The notes under the pieces are model-generated. The model ran no database searches, had not been told where the DNA came from, and saw only the letters and a program-made list of their open reading frames with translations. A DNA stretch of 63,373 nt, the filler included, from Octopus bimaculoides (lineage: Eukaryota): the NCBI RefSeq assembly GCF_001194135.2. It is 7 parts of 5 records of this genome, joined end to end, with 100 filler letters (N's around TTAATTAATTAA, not from the genome) between each part and the next. Parts side by side here need not be neighbours in the genome. Positions count along the whole stretch, not along the records: positions 44,179 to 57,720 come from NW_026417016.1; positions 57,821 to 61,307 come from NC_068984.1; positions 61,408 to 63,373 come from NW_026404260.1; 4 more parts are not named here. One strand, 5' to 3'. Shown here piece by piece: positions 50,006 to 62,403 of the stretch. The first letter of the stretch is position 1. Each line of letters opens with the position of its first letter. The position numbers and the translations under genes are program-made.

Positions 50006-50604
50006 TATATATCTGGCTAGGTGTTTATGTGTATGTGAGCACGTATGCGTGTGTATGTGTGTGTGTGCGCGCGTGTACCAGTGAGATATATGAGCGAGGC
50101 ATAGTATAGAACAAAACTGACCGCATAATGTATTTGTGTAAAACATTCGAAAGCTTGCGTTGACACGAGGTTAATGTAAAATTAAGTGGCGTTAGATGCC
50201 AGGCAATGCGATTGAAACACATATTAGTGCTTGTGTACGAAGCTTTTCAACCATTTGTCCATGCAACGCATATTCATTCATGATTAATCACGTTCATACA
50301 GACATATATTTAAATACACGGATGATATTAAGAAGCCTTTACGCACATGAAATATTGAACATTCAAATTTAAAGAAATTATAATTTCAATTAAAATTTCT
50401 CCTCATGCCTTAAATTAGAAATTAATTATTTACAGCAGTGATAATTAATTAATTGATTTTCAATATAGTAAATTTAATACTAAATTTCAAATTCAGTTGA
50501 AATTAAATATTCTGTATTTCGAATATATAAAAGTTTCCTCGGAGTGAATATGTGTGTGTATATGTGTGTGTGCGTGTGTGTGTGAGTGTGTACGCGTATG
50601 TGAT

Positions 50605-50643
<39 letters not shown>

Positions 50644-50934
50644 NNNNNNNNNNNNNNNNNNNNNNNNNNNNNNNNNNNNNNNNNNNNNNNNNNNNNNNNN
50701 NNNNNNNNNNNNNNNNNNNNNNNNNNNNNNNNNNNNNNNNNNNNNNNNNNNNNNNNNNNNNNNNNNNNNNNNNNNNNNNNNNNNNNNNNNNNNNNNNNNN
50801 NNNNNNNNNNNNNNNNNNNNNNNNNNNNNNNNNNNNNNNNNNNNNNNNNNNNNNNNNNNNNNNNNNNNNNNNNNNNNNNNNNNNNNNNNNNNNNNNNNNN
50901 NNNNNNNNNNNNNNNNNNNNNNNNNNNNNNNNNN

Positions 50935-50969
<35 letters not shown>

Positions 50970-51170
50970 TAGATAGATAGATATACACATGTAAAATACA
51001 TTTAAACATTAAAATAAAGGAGAATTATAAATCCGCACCGTTTTTACTCTTACGTTGTTTTATACAGCATATTCGGAGTAAACCTCTTTCCTACATATGT
51101 TTCTGTTAAATAGATATCGTGGTTCATTAAATAATCTCGATCTGGATCTAATATCCGTATTCAATCACTA

Positions 51171-51305
51171 CTGTATGTATGTATACATATGTATGTATAC
51201 ATATGTATACATATGTATGTATACATATGTATACATATGTATGTATACATATGTATACATATGTATGTATACATATGTATACATATGTATGTATACATAT
51301 GTATG
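51171..51305. repeat. 24-bp-unit minisatellite built on the palindrome ATGTATACAT
   Basis: Repeating atgtatacatatgtatgtatacat. Confidence 0.85.
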
Positions 51306-51494
51306 TACGTGCTTCTGTTTGTGCGTATTTTAAATATTTATGTATCTATATTTGTACGTTTGTAAATGCTTGTATATATTCTTGCTTATATATATAGACT
51401 AAATGTGAGTGAGGAAAGCGTACTTGAGTCGTCTAGTGTACAAGGGGAAACAACCCAAATTAAATCCCATCTCAACCTCTTGAATACAGGTAAT

Positions 51495-51849
51495 ATGACC
51501 GAAAACAATACCTATTGTCATAGGTGCCCTGGGAATGACAGCGAAACGGGCTGATTACTACCTAGCTCAGATACCAGAAAACCCCAAAATGGCTGAAGTT
51601 CAAAAGATAGTGCTCATGGGAACTGCCCATATCCTACGTAAAATACTGTCTATGTGATCTCAAATTTTAAAGCAAACACATAATTTTCTTATGGTTTCTC
51701 AAACATTCACTTGAACAAAACTGTACAAATCCAAATATATGGTACCCTAGGCATAACACCTACATAAACTTCTAACTTGTTGTCTCTTGAGGTCTCTGGG
51801 TGAGACTTGGATCCAACTTATACAAATGCAAAACAAAAGTCAAACATAA

Positions 51850-51910
<61 letters not shown>
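51495..51910 (+). mobile_element. R4/Dong-like retrotransposon 3' end with (AAT)n tail
   Basis: TIPIVIGALGMTAKRADYYLAQIPENPKMAEVQKIVLMGTAHILRKILSM*, then a 3'UTR shared with 2693-2925. Confidence 0.85.
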
Positions 51911-51911
<1 letters not shown>

Positions 51912-52004
51912 GAGTAGTAATGAAAATATATTTTGTGATTGTAAGATTAGAAGTAAATGTTTATTTTAAAATTATTGTAAAACAAAAGTGTTGTTTACAG
52001 ATGT

Positions 52005-52330
52005 AACGTATGAGTTTCTTTTACGTAGGGGCAACGCAAAATTCTATAAAGAGGCGCATATCTAATTATAATTAGATCTTTAATAACAGGAATAAGTCTT
52101 CTAGGACCAGCCTCAGTAAATTTATTTGGGACCTGAAAGACGAGAAATTTTTTTTTTTTTCTCTGGAATGGGAAATTATTAGCAAGGCTACGGCTTATAA
52201 GATTGGAAATTATTTCTGTTATCTCTCTCTTGAAGAATTATACAAAATTCTATTTTCCAGGCAGCTCCCCTTAAAAACGAGTATTGATACTGGTTGTTCA
52301 TGTGTTCACGCGTGTAAATGGGTTCTCAAA
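52005..52330 (+). mobile_element. Penelope-like element GIY-YIG remnant
   Basis: YVGATQNSIKRRISNY...SRTSLSKFIWDLKD...WEIISKATAYKIGNYFCYLSLEELYKIL. Confidence 0.7.
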
Positions 52331-53462
52331 TACCACCATTAACGCCACTAGTACTTTGAATCGGTCAATATTTCATGTGTAGTGCATCTATTACTGTAAA
52401 GAATTAAAAATTCTTAGTAGATATATAAGTATTAAATATTGTAATAAATATTAATATTAAAATATTTATACTGCATCTTATATACGTGGAAGGTGACTGT
52501 TTTTCATATAATCACGCATGTTTATGGGTGTTCAAAAACCTACCATCGTATATATTATTATTATACATAATTAATTATAAGTTAAAGCAACTTGAAATTT
52601 GAATCTGTTGATACTTCACGTTTTATTATTACATTAGCATCAGTAAATATAAGCATTAAAGAATGCTTAGTAGAGATAATATTGATATAAAAATATTAAT
52701 CAAATGGGAAAGACGTATATTAAGTTTTCTGTACAGTTACCAGTATCATTACGGTTTGATATAAATTCAATTAAACAGGTTTATTATGAATATGTAATTT
52801 TTATTTTATAATATAATTTATTGAACTTAGAGGTAAAACGTATTGATTAGCTTTAGTAATTTTACTTTTTATATAAAAAAGATTGTTATCAATTCTATAC
52901 CAGCTTTCAGAAGCCCTTCAACCCGTTCTGAGTATAAGCCACGACATTTCTACATTGTTCTCTTCTTTGGGCTGTGATCCTCTCCCTGGTTATTCTGGTT
53001 CTAAATTATCATCAATGTTTTCGTAACTTTACAATTTTTGGTCCAAACAAAACCCATTTTCAACACTAGGAATAAGTATTCCATATTGGTCTCGTTTCTA
53101 TTATTTGACATGTTCAGGATGGGATCCCCTACCCAAGGCTTACGATCGGCTAGCATAGCTCATTGATGATCACAAGTCACCACACTACAAAAACGACAAG
53201 TATTTGTGGTGGAAGTGAAGTATTAAGTGAATTTACATGGAGATATGCATGAAGCTGCAAATAACAGATGTTATTCAATGATTTCAAACACATAATTGTT
53301 TCGTAGAACATAGAAAAGTCAGGCGTTTGCATCTCAAAAACATCTTTCCGAAGGTAAGAAATAGCAAAACCGGGGTGCCGAATAATGACAGATGTAAGAA
53401 TACCAGATATGTCTTTTTTTCCATAGAGGTCGACTTTACTTTTTCTCTTTTAAACTGTTTAA

Positions 53463-53756
53463 AAAATGAGTATTAGACACACAGTTCTGAAGTCGACAAA
53501 CTTGAGTGAGGTTTCACAATAAGGCTGCTATGCAATGATTAAAAGGATATTTGTAAAATCAATGTTACGCATACAGTTCTGTCGAAGAAATTGAATGAAA
53601 TTATTGAGTGAAATGTTACAATAATGCTACAATACAATGATTAAAACGGTTTTTGTAAAATGAGTGCTACACACGCAGTTCTCTTGACAAAATTCTGTAG
53701 AATTCTCGAGTGAACTGTTACAATAAGCCTACAATACAATGATTAAAAGTTGTAAA
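53463..53756 (+). repeat. Three diverged tandem copies of a roughly 95-100 bp unit
   Basis: Recurring 'aaaat...cagttct...gagtga...acaataa...caatgattaaaa'. Confidence 0.75.
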
Positions 53757-54414
53757 ATACTTTATAAAAATGTTAAAAAACACAACAAAAGAATGCTGTA
53801 GTATAAAGATATAATGAATGAGAAGTGCAGAGAAAAGAGAAAAAAATTCTGTTCCAACAGAAAACGAAAGCAAGCAGTACCAGATATATAACAATTATAA
53901 ATTACTTGCTGTATGAAACGTTGTTATTGAAAGGCAAGAGTTATTCGACGTGTTGAAATGCATACAGCTGTCAAGGATTAAGCAACTAATAAAAAATAAT
54001 GGTTTCCAGAACAAGGATCCTTTTTGTATTTACCGCTGGAGGGGTGAGGATCTCACACAACGCTGAGCCATAATAACAGTCATAGCTTTACAAATTTCAT
54101 TATATACACTTGTTTTCTAAAGATAATTAGATAAATCGGAATTTACGGTGAAACTTCTGTTGGGAACCATCACAAAACAAAAACCACTCCCAGTGTTTTC
54201 TCTCCCTCTCCCCCTCCCTCTCTCTTTATCTATCTATCTATCTCTCTATCTCCCTCATTCACTACCTCTCTCTCATTCTCTCTCTCTCTTTGTCTCTTGT
54301 TATATGTTTATATATGTTAACGTTAACAATTAAATATACATATATCGATCAGTAACCGTCTATTTATCGATTCACTCTACCCTACTCGCTCCCTATCAGG
54401 CACCCTATCATTTT

Positions 54415-54472
<58 letters not shown>

Positions 54473-55536
54473 ACATATATATTCACATATGCATGTTTGT
54501 TTCTATGTATACGTTTTTCTTCATATAGATACATAAACATCTTTGTGTCTCTTGTTGCCATATAGAGTTGTATGGGTATATATATATATATATACGTATC
54601 TGCAAATAAATATATATATATATATATATAATATACACATACACACACACATATATATATATACATATATATGAGTGTGTGTAGTTGTGTGCGTGTGTGT
54701 GTACATTTACATATATCTGTGCGTATATGAATATGCATTTGTGTGCTTGTATTTGTATATATGTATGTATGTATGCAGATATATATATATGTCTATATAA
54801 TATAAATATTACATATATATATATATATAATGTGAGTGTGTATGCACGTACATGCGAATGTATATACAGACAGACAGACAAACCGACAAGCAGATAGATT
54901 GATAGATAGATAGATAGATATTCACAAGTATGTAGGCACACATCAAATGTATTTTGGGAACAAGTGTGTGTAAAAATTATTCGAAATCAAATTGGAATCG
55001 CCATGATAAAACTAAACAAAAGATTATTGTTATGTTTAATTTGTTTATCTCCTTATTTCTTTGTTCCTATCAGCTTTTTCTTTTTTTCAGCCGAAGATTC
55101 TAACATTCAGAAAACATATATAACGATAAACAAAATTTCCGTGATAGGATAAATAAAATCTCTCACAATGAAGAGGACAGATCTTATGTAAACCAGAAGA
55201 TTTAATCATTTTCAGCGGAATGACTCATAAACAACGTGGTAATTGTATATATGCAATTAACTGTGAACCGTTTCATAAATAGCATAGTATAAATAATGAT
55301 ATATGTGTATGTACGCGTATGCTTGAGTGTGTCGATATGTGTACGCTTACGCTTGAGTGTGGATGTTGGCGCATGCATTCATTTATATATTGCTATATAT
55401 TTTTATCGGTACAAGAAATACAATTGTCTTATATGTATATATGCTTATGTATTTGGTTCTATAGATAATACTAACTGATATATACACACACACACACAAA
55501 CACTCACGCACAAACTCACACACTCACATACACATG

Positions 55537-55664
<128 letters not shown>

Positions 55665-56227
55665 TATATACTTACATACGTATATATACTTACATGTGTG
55701 TATATATATATATAATGTATATAAATATATATATATGGATAGACATACATACGTATATATACTATAAATGTATATATATATTCATACAAAGACACACACG
55801 CACATATATATGAATGCATCTGTGTGTTTGTGTGTGTCAATGTATTTATTTTTGACAATAATTAAATAATAGAAAAATGATACTCTGCTCTCTTCTCATA
55901 TATTAAACATCTAAAGAATAGAATGAATGAAAAGTCTGAAAAGACTGGATTCATTAGAAAAATGCATGTAATGCCTTTTATTGTTCCATACACAGTTACC
56001 CTACCTCACGCAAAACTGACATTGAATTTTGTTGCATCAAATTGAAATCTGAAAATACAGTAAAAAACATAATACATTAAATGGGAAATAGTATACAAAT
56101 AATAATATATGCCTATATCAAAGAAATAACGTGATGAAAACCATATTGTGAAAGCAAACAAGAAAACAAATTGTTGACGCTTAAATAATTATTGTATTAA
56201 TAAATAGGAAAGGGAACGAAATAATAC

Positions 56228-56297
<70 letters not shown>

Positions 56298-56362
56298 ATG
56301 CGTTCTATTTGCAGCATCGTTAATTGGTTCCTCTCTGTGGTGATTGTAGCAGCGATAATAAC

Positions 56363-56405
<43 letters not shown>

Positions 56406-56407
<2 letters not shown>

Positions 56408-56600
56408 CTTTCCTATTATAGGCACAAGGCCTGAAATTTTGTGGGGAAGGGACCTGTCGATTAGATCGATCCCAGTACGCAACTGGTACTTAATTTAACG
56501 ACCCTGAATGGGTAAAAGACAAAGTCGATCTCAGCTGAATTTGAGCTCAGAATGTAGCGACAGGTGAAATGCCGTTAAGCACTTCCTCCGGCGTACTAAA
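56406..56600 (-). mobile_element. SINE family A
   Basis: Reverse complement of family A between (AAT)n and (TTA)n tracts. Confidence 0.8.
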
Positions 56601-56623
56601 GTTATTATTTTCTTTATTATTTT

Positions 56624-56664
<41 letters not shown>

Positions 56665-56666
56665 CA

Positions 56667-56716
<50 letters not shown>

Positions 56717-56951
56717 CTAACAACACCAACAATAACAACAACAACAATAATAATATTAATATTAAAAATATATATTGCTCAGGATATTGTTAGTAATATC
56801 ATTAGTGATAATAATAAATAACATAACGATCTGTATTAACAGAATAACAAAGCTTAATATCTTCATGTATCAATATATGTAATATATGTACTTGTGCGTG
56901 AATATTTATGGGTATTTCCATGTATATACATGTACACATACATACATATGC

Positions 56952-56988
<37 letters not shown>

Positions 56989-57051
56989 TAGTACATATAT
57001 ATCCATATATATGTTTGTATGGGTGTGTGTATGTGATATATATATATATCC

Positions 57052-57099
<48 letters not shown>

Positions 57100-57720
57100 A
57101 TTGATATAGCGGTGTCACCTTTTGTGGTTGCTTGTTGCTGTATATGAGTGTATGTTAGGAGTAGTCTACGTGTGTCCAAGTAATCTTTATTTTCGCTTCC
57201 ATGTTACATTTAGCACACATATGGTAAATATTCTTTTTCACTTATTCATCAATTACTGTTAAACTTAACAATGTATTCAAATCTGTAAATACACATAGTC
57301 GTAAGCAAAATTTTTACCTAGCGCGTCCGTGTGTGTGTGTGTGTGTGTGTATGTGTCTGTTTGTTTGTGTGTGTGTGGTATGAGAAATATAGATAAACAT
57401 ATGCGCGCACTTATATTATATAACATTCATACCTATTTATTATAGATATATATGCTTATATCTATATGCGTGTGTGTCTATCTATGATTCTGTGGATATA
57501 TATCTAAAACTATAAGTGAGTATATCTATAAATATATATATGTGTGGCTATGTAAATTCATATATATGTAGATATAGAGATAGACGTCTTGATAGATAGA
57601 CAGATAGTTAGACAGATAAATAGATAGATATAGATATATACATATATATCCACATACATATATATGCTTTAATATATATATATTTATATATATATATATA
57701 TGTGTATATATATATATATA

Positions 57721-57820
57721 NNNNNNNNNNNNNNNNNNNNNNNNNNNNNNNNNNNNNNNNNNNNTTAATTAATTAANNNNNNNNNNNNNNNNNNNNNNNN
57801 NNNNNNNNNNNNNNNNNNNN
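57721..57820. other. Assembly join with TTAATTAATTAA linker
   Basis: Same architecture. Confidence 0.9.
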
Positions 57821-58088
57821 ATGTTATGGGATGCATTAACCAGGATACCGCCAGGGAAACTTATTTATAATTATTATATTCATTCATATTTACATGAAAT
57901 TTTAACGATATTTCGATTTAATTTCGTTTCATGCAATAAATATGGGTTTCCTCTCAATTTATAACAAGACTTCGTAAACATTTTTCAATAACGTCACATG
58001 GTACAACCGGACATGACCTTTTACCAAATCTCATTTCCGTTTGGCTAATCTCGAACAAGCGAATTGTTCAACGTGATCACATGAGAGG

Positions 58089-58111
58089 TTCCTTTTACTT
58101 CTTACTCCATT
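58089..58111 (+). promoter_or_regulatory. RPS8: RPS8 TCT-type initiator and 5'TOP leader
   Basis: Pyrimidine tract ttccttttacttcttactcc immediately before the ATG, typical of ribosomal protein genes. Confidence 0.7.
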
Positions 58112-58115
58112 ATGG
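58112..58115 (+). CDS. RPS8: 40S ribosomal protein S8, coding exon 1 (ATG G)
   Basis: ATGG|gtgagt; phase 1 matches exon 2. Confidence 0.8.
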
Positions 58116-59240
58116 GTGAGTATCTGTTTTTCTTATCCTTTTAATATCCAGCAGAATCCTACATATGTTTTTGAATATATAACTGGTAAACTTGATATTG
58201 TTGAATTATAATCTTAAAGATATAATTCTTTTTTAATATTTAGTTTTTCTATATATATTTAAGGTAGTTTTTTAAAAAAAATTCATTACGAGTAATGCTT
58301 TTTCGATTAATGCCTCATGATCTTATCTAAGGCGGAAAATATTTGTGTGTGTACATAGCACTGGATTTTGGCATCTCAAGAAAAACGTTTTTTATTGTAC
58401 TCGTACACACGTGTTTGTAACTATTTCAAGAATTGGCCGATTCTAATTATACATTGTTTTCGACAATGTCTTCGTTAAAAAAAGGGGGGCGCACATGGCG
58501 GTTTGATGAATTTTGCAATACTAGCTTGGAGTAGAATTGTGTTGGCAGTGTAACGACATCAGATCAATGGCTGACTTGATCAAATACACAAATCCAACAG
58601 TGAATTATAGGTTCGTGTATATCACCTCGTTTTGTCAATAATCTGAAGAAATAATTCACCTAATATTAAACCATCTTTATCAGCATGTAAGTTAGTAATT
58701 TTTTGTATTACCACTAATATGTAAAATAAATTTCTCGTACACAAACATCGGTACTCTTTCGTTTTAAACAGCATAGTTGTCAAACTCGATCAAATATGCT
58801 GTTTGTAATGAAAGAATACCCAAACATCGTGTTTTAGTTGGTGAAATTTTAGTCAATTTTCCGACCACAACTACTTTTAATGATCTATAATAGCAATGTG
58901 CTCTAGTGGAAGTATGTTTCGACTATCTAGCGTGCACCGGGATAGTACCTAATTATGTAGGAATCCAAAAAAAAATGCATTTTTCTGAGAGTTATGATCA
59001 TTCAAAGTTGGGTGGGGGGGTCTGTAGTCATGCCCGAAACAAATGAACGCTGTGTGGGCATAATGACACCCTAACACTAACAAGTGTGCGCTGCAAGAAC
59101 ATCGTTACGTAGATACATCGGGACCTCTGTATTTAGTAGTGTCCTTTATGCTCTGAAAAGGCTGCAGGAATAACTTTTTAAATTTTCACAATATCGCTGC
59201 TGCAAGTACTGAAATCAGCTCAATTTCCTCAATTTTTCAG

Positions 59241-59347
59241 GTATCAGTCGTGCGAATTGGCACAAGCGAAAAGCGACTGGGGGTCGTAAGGTTCAAATCC
59301 GCAAGAAGCGGAATTATGAACTTGGCAGACCGGCTGCAATGACAAAG
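59241..59347 (+). CDS. RPS8: 40S ribosomal protein S8, exon 2 (107 nt)
   Basis: ttttcag| [36 protein letters not shown] |gtaagc. Confidence 0.97.
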
Positions 59348-59454
59348 GTAAGCAGAGCTTGTGTAAAATGAAAATTTGTAGCTGTCGTTATTCGACCGTG
59401 TTAATATGTTGTTGGTCCTACTAACAACGTATATTCTATGTGATTATATTCTAG

Positions 59455-59554
59455 CTGGGGTCCAGAAGAGTTCACACAGTAAGAACTAGAGGTGGCAACA
59501 GAAAATTCCGAGCTCTTAGACTAGACACAGGCAACTTTGCTTGGGGATCTGAAA
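59455..59554 (+). CDS. RPS8: 40S ribosomal protein S8, exon 3 (100 nt)
   Basis: ttctag| [33 protein letters not shown] |gtaagt; TACTAAC branch site at 59419-59425. Confidence 0.97.
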
Positions 59555-60936
59555 GTAAGTATAATTTTCAATATTCTGCTTGGATAAGGACGGGAGCTGG
59601 CAGTGTCGTTATTGCGCCGGGCATCTCATTTCATCTGTCTTTACTTTTCTGAGTCGAAAACGTCTCGGGAGAATAAGTATGCTTTAATGGGTTGTGTTTT
59701 CCTTCTATTTTATGTTTCAGCCTTGAGGCTGTGGCCATGCTGGGGTTACATTTTGGTTCAATATTAAAATGTAATTCTGTATTATAGTGTGAAACTATAG
59801 TTGATGGCTTAGTCGTCATTATTGTTTGGAGCTTTTTAAAGGTTTAGTGCTGTTTCTTTTTGTGTTATTCTGACTACTTTTATATAACTGAGTGAAAACC
59901 TGTTCTTTTTTTTTAATTAAAACATTCAGAAATTAGCAATATTAGTAGTTTACTTCCAAACCACATGGTTCCGGTTTCAAGTCCTCTCCACCCTGCCCCT
60001 ATTTGTCAGCGCGCATTTTTTTCTTCATAGTCGTTTACTACACATTGTTTTACACCTATACACTTCTTTTTTCATTTTTGTGACCGGGTATTAAAGTTGG
60101 GTTTTCGGATCCTCTGAGTTAGAACCTGAATATTCCAAGTCCTCTTCCCCAACCCCGTTCATCTGCGCGCTCTTTTTCCCTTTTTTTTTTTTTTCATATT
60201 TGTTTGCTACACTTTGTTTTAGACCTATTACACGTTTTTTCCCTCAATTTTGTGACTGGGTGTTAAACTAGAGATTAACCTTTTTGCTAACTTGTCTTTG
60301 TATATATATTTATCAAGTATGTCAGGCATAATTTGTTCAGAATATCGATTTTCGGGCTGATGCAGTTTCACACCTCTCCTTAAAAAAATGCATTTTTTCT
60401 AAAACAGCTATAAGTGCAGAGAATTATTTTTATACTGAAAGCCTCCGTTTTGGTAATTCTGTTTGTACTTGTAGTTTTAGATCACATGTTGGTAATTTTG
60501 CAGGTGGTCTATTTTCATTTACTTTTCTGATGATATTTTGCTAGGTGTGTGAATGTGCTGTTTTATTTTAGATATTTGATTTTATTGTAATCAATTTTAA
60601 GGATTTTTTCCCTTTTCCTGAACTCTCTTTGTCTGGAATTCTTGATTCTTTTTTTAAGTGTCTGATATAAAATTTGATCAACATAAGTCATTGTTTGTGT
60701 GGTGAAGTTAGTGCTAAACTTTTTTTTTAATTAGGTGGTATCCTTAGGTTCAGAGTGGCCTAGTCCATTGTGTACTAAAATGGGCTTTACTAAGATACCA
60801 GGTAGTGGTGTAAAACTACTTGCCAATTAAACTGTTTTGTGCTCAGAATACTAAGAAGCTGAACAAAAAGTTCAAGACCTTTTGATCTGATGTTTTCTAG
60901 TTATGCTAATCTGCTTACCATATTGGATTGGTTTAA

Positions 60937-61307
60937 CCCTTTCGTTACCAAAGCCGCCCGAAAAAAATTTTGGTTCATGTGACCAAGCTGCCCGTAATCA
61001 CCTATTCATATTTAAATGAGAATATCCGAGCAAATCTCGTTAGCACATTCGTGAAAACTCGTGATTATTTGTGTAAACAGTTCAGCTATAGTTTTGTACG
61101 ACGATCAACATGTTTTTTTTAAATTCTGTGAATTTGTTCCTGTTGTGTTTTCAAAATTTGTAATCCTGACAAAAAAATGGATACGAATTTTATTCTGTCA
61201 AGCAGCGAGTCAGAATTCGAAGGATTCTCCGTTAAAGACCTTGATAAATCTAACTCTGTAACCGAAAAAAAAAAGCACGTGGTATTTGATAATGAATCTG
61301 AGGTTTC
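60937..61307 (+). mobile_element. piggyBac-like transposon left end with acidic transposase N-terminus (cut by the join)
   Basis: TTAA (60933-60936) then CCCTTTCGTTACC; ORF MDTNFILSSSESEFEGFSVKDL. Confidence 0.65.
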
Positions 61308-61407
61308 NNNNNNNNNNNNNNNNNNNNNNNNNNNNNNNNNNNNNNNNNNNNTTAATTAATTAANNNNNNNNNNNNNNNNNNNNNNNNNNNNNNNNNNNNN
61401 NNNNNNN
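61308..61407. other. Assembly join with TTAATTAATTAA linker
   Basis: Same architecture. Confidence 0.9.
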
Positions 61408-61446
<39 letters not shown>

Positions 61447-61449
<3 letters not shown>

Positions 61450-61644
61450 TCTTTCTATTATTGTCGTAAGGTCTGAAATTCGAGGGAGGGAATAGTCGAT
61501 TACATCGACCCCAGTGTTTCACTGGTACTTAATTTATCGACCCCAAAAGGATGAAAGGTAGAGTCGACCTCGACGGAATTTGAACTCAGACAGTAGCGAC
61601 GGGTGAGATAGCGCTAAGCGTTTCACCAGGCATGCTAACGATTG
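61447..61644 (-). mobile_element. SINE family A
   Basis: Reverse complement of family A with its (AAT)n tail on the left. Confidence 0.8.
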
Positions 61645-61702
61645 TATGTATATATGTATGTATATATGTATGTATGTATGTATGTATGAGCAGAACTTAC
61701 TT

Positions 61703-61870
61703 GCAGGTATTGGTAGTGCAAATCAGAGGTGCAATCTGTGTGGGTGTTTTTTCAAAACACAGTCTGGTTTAAAAAGCCACATCAGACGCCATGAAAGGGC
61801 TAAGGTGTAGGTGCAGGAGGTGGTCAAACTCTGTTTAAGGAGTAGACAACCACCATGTATGTATGTATGT
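61703..61870 (+). mobile_element. RTE-type LINE extreme 3' end with a C2H2 finger and (TATG)n tail
   Basis: RCNLCGCFFKTQSGLKSHIRRHERAKV* (C-x2-C-x12-H-x3-H), short UTR, TATG tail. Confidence 0.55.
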
Positions 61871-62277
61871 ATGTGTTTATGTGAATGTGNNNNNNNNNNA
61901 GGTGCAGGAGGTGGTCAAACTCTGTTTAAGGAGTAGACAACCACCATGTATGTATGTATGTATGTGTTTATGTGAATGTGCGTGTATATATATGTATGCG
62001 TATGTGCGTATGTATGTATTATATTAACGACAAAATCATGAAATTTTTATAGTCATGCATTGAATCTAGATCAACGAGATCACGTGAGAGAATTTTCACT
62101 ACCCAGCTTCTTCTGTACATCCGCAGAGACCGAAAATCTGTACCTGAAGAACGAAGCTCCAGGCATCAATACTTCAACTGAGCTGACACACTCCAAGCAA
62201 TGCTATCTGTCGCTGATATGAAACGGTGCAGGACACATGTTTTTTGCCGGATATTTGTCCTCATTTTGTTTGTTGTT

Positions 62278-62323
62278 AACACAACGTTTCGGCTGATATA
62301 CCCTCCAGCCTTCAACAGGTGTC
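62278..62323 (-). ncRNA. Minimal type-I hammerhead motif, minus copy (core CUGUUGA)
   Basis: GACAC-CUGUUGA-A-GGCUG[gagggtatat]CAGCC-GAAAC-GUU-GUGUU. Confidence 0.5.
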
Positions 62324-62357
62324 TTGGGGAAATTTCAAATCTGGGTTCTCATTCCAA

Positions 62358-62403
62358 GACACCTGATGAATGCTGGAGGGTACATCAGCCGAAACGTTGT
62401 GTT
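62358..62403 (+). ncRNA. Minimal type-I hammerhead motif, plus copy (core CUGAUGA)
   Basis: GACAC-CUGAUGA-A-UGCUG[gagggtacat]CAGCC-GAAAC-GUU-GUGUU; stem I GACAC/GUGUU, palindromic stem III AACGUU. Confidence 0.6.

Noticed and set aside
61809-61980. 81-bp direct repeat across a 10-N gap as a real duplication
   Set aside because: Identical copies abutting a tiny gap are typical of unmerged overlapping contig ends.
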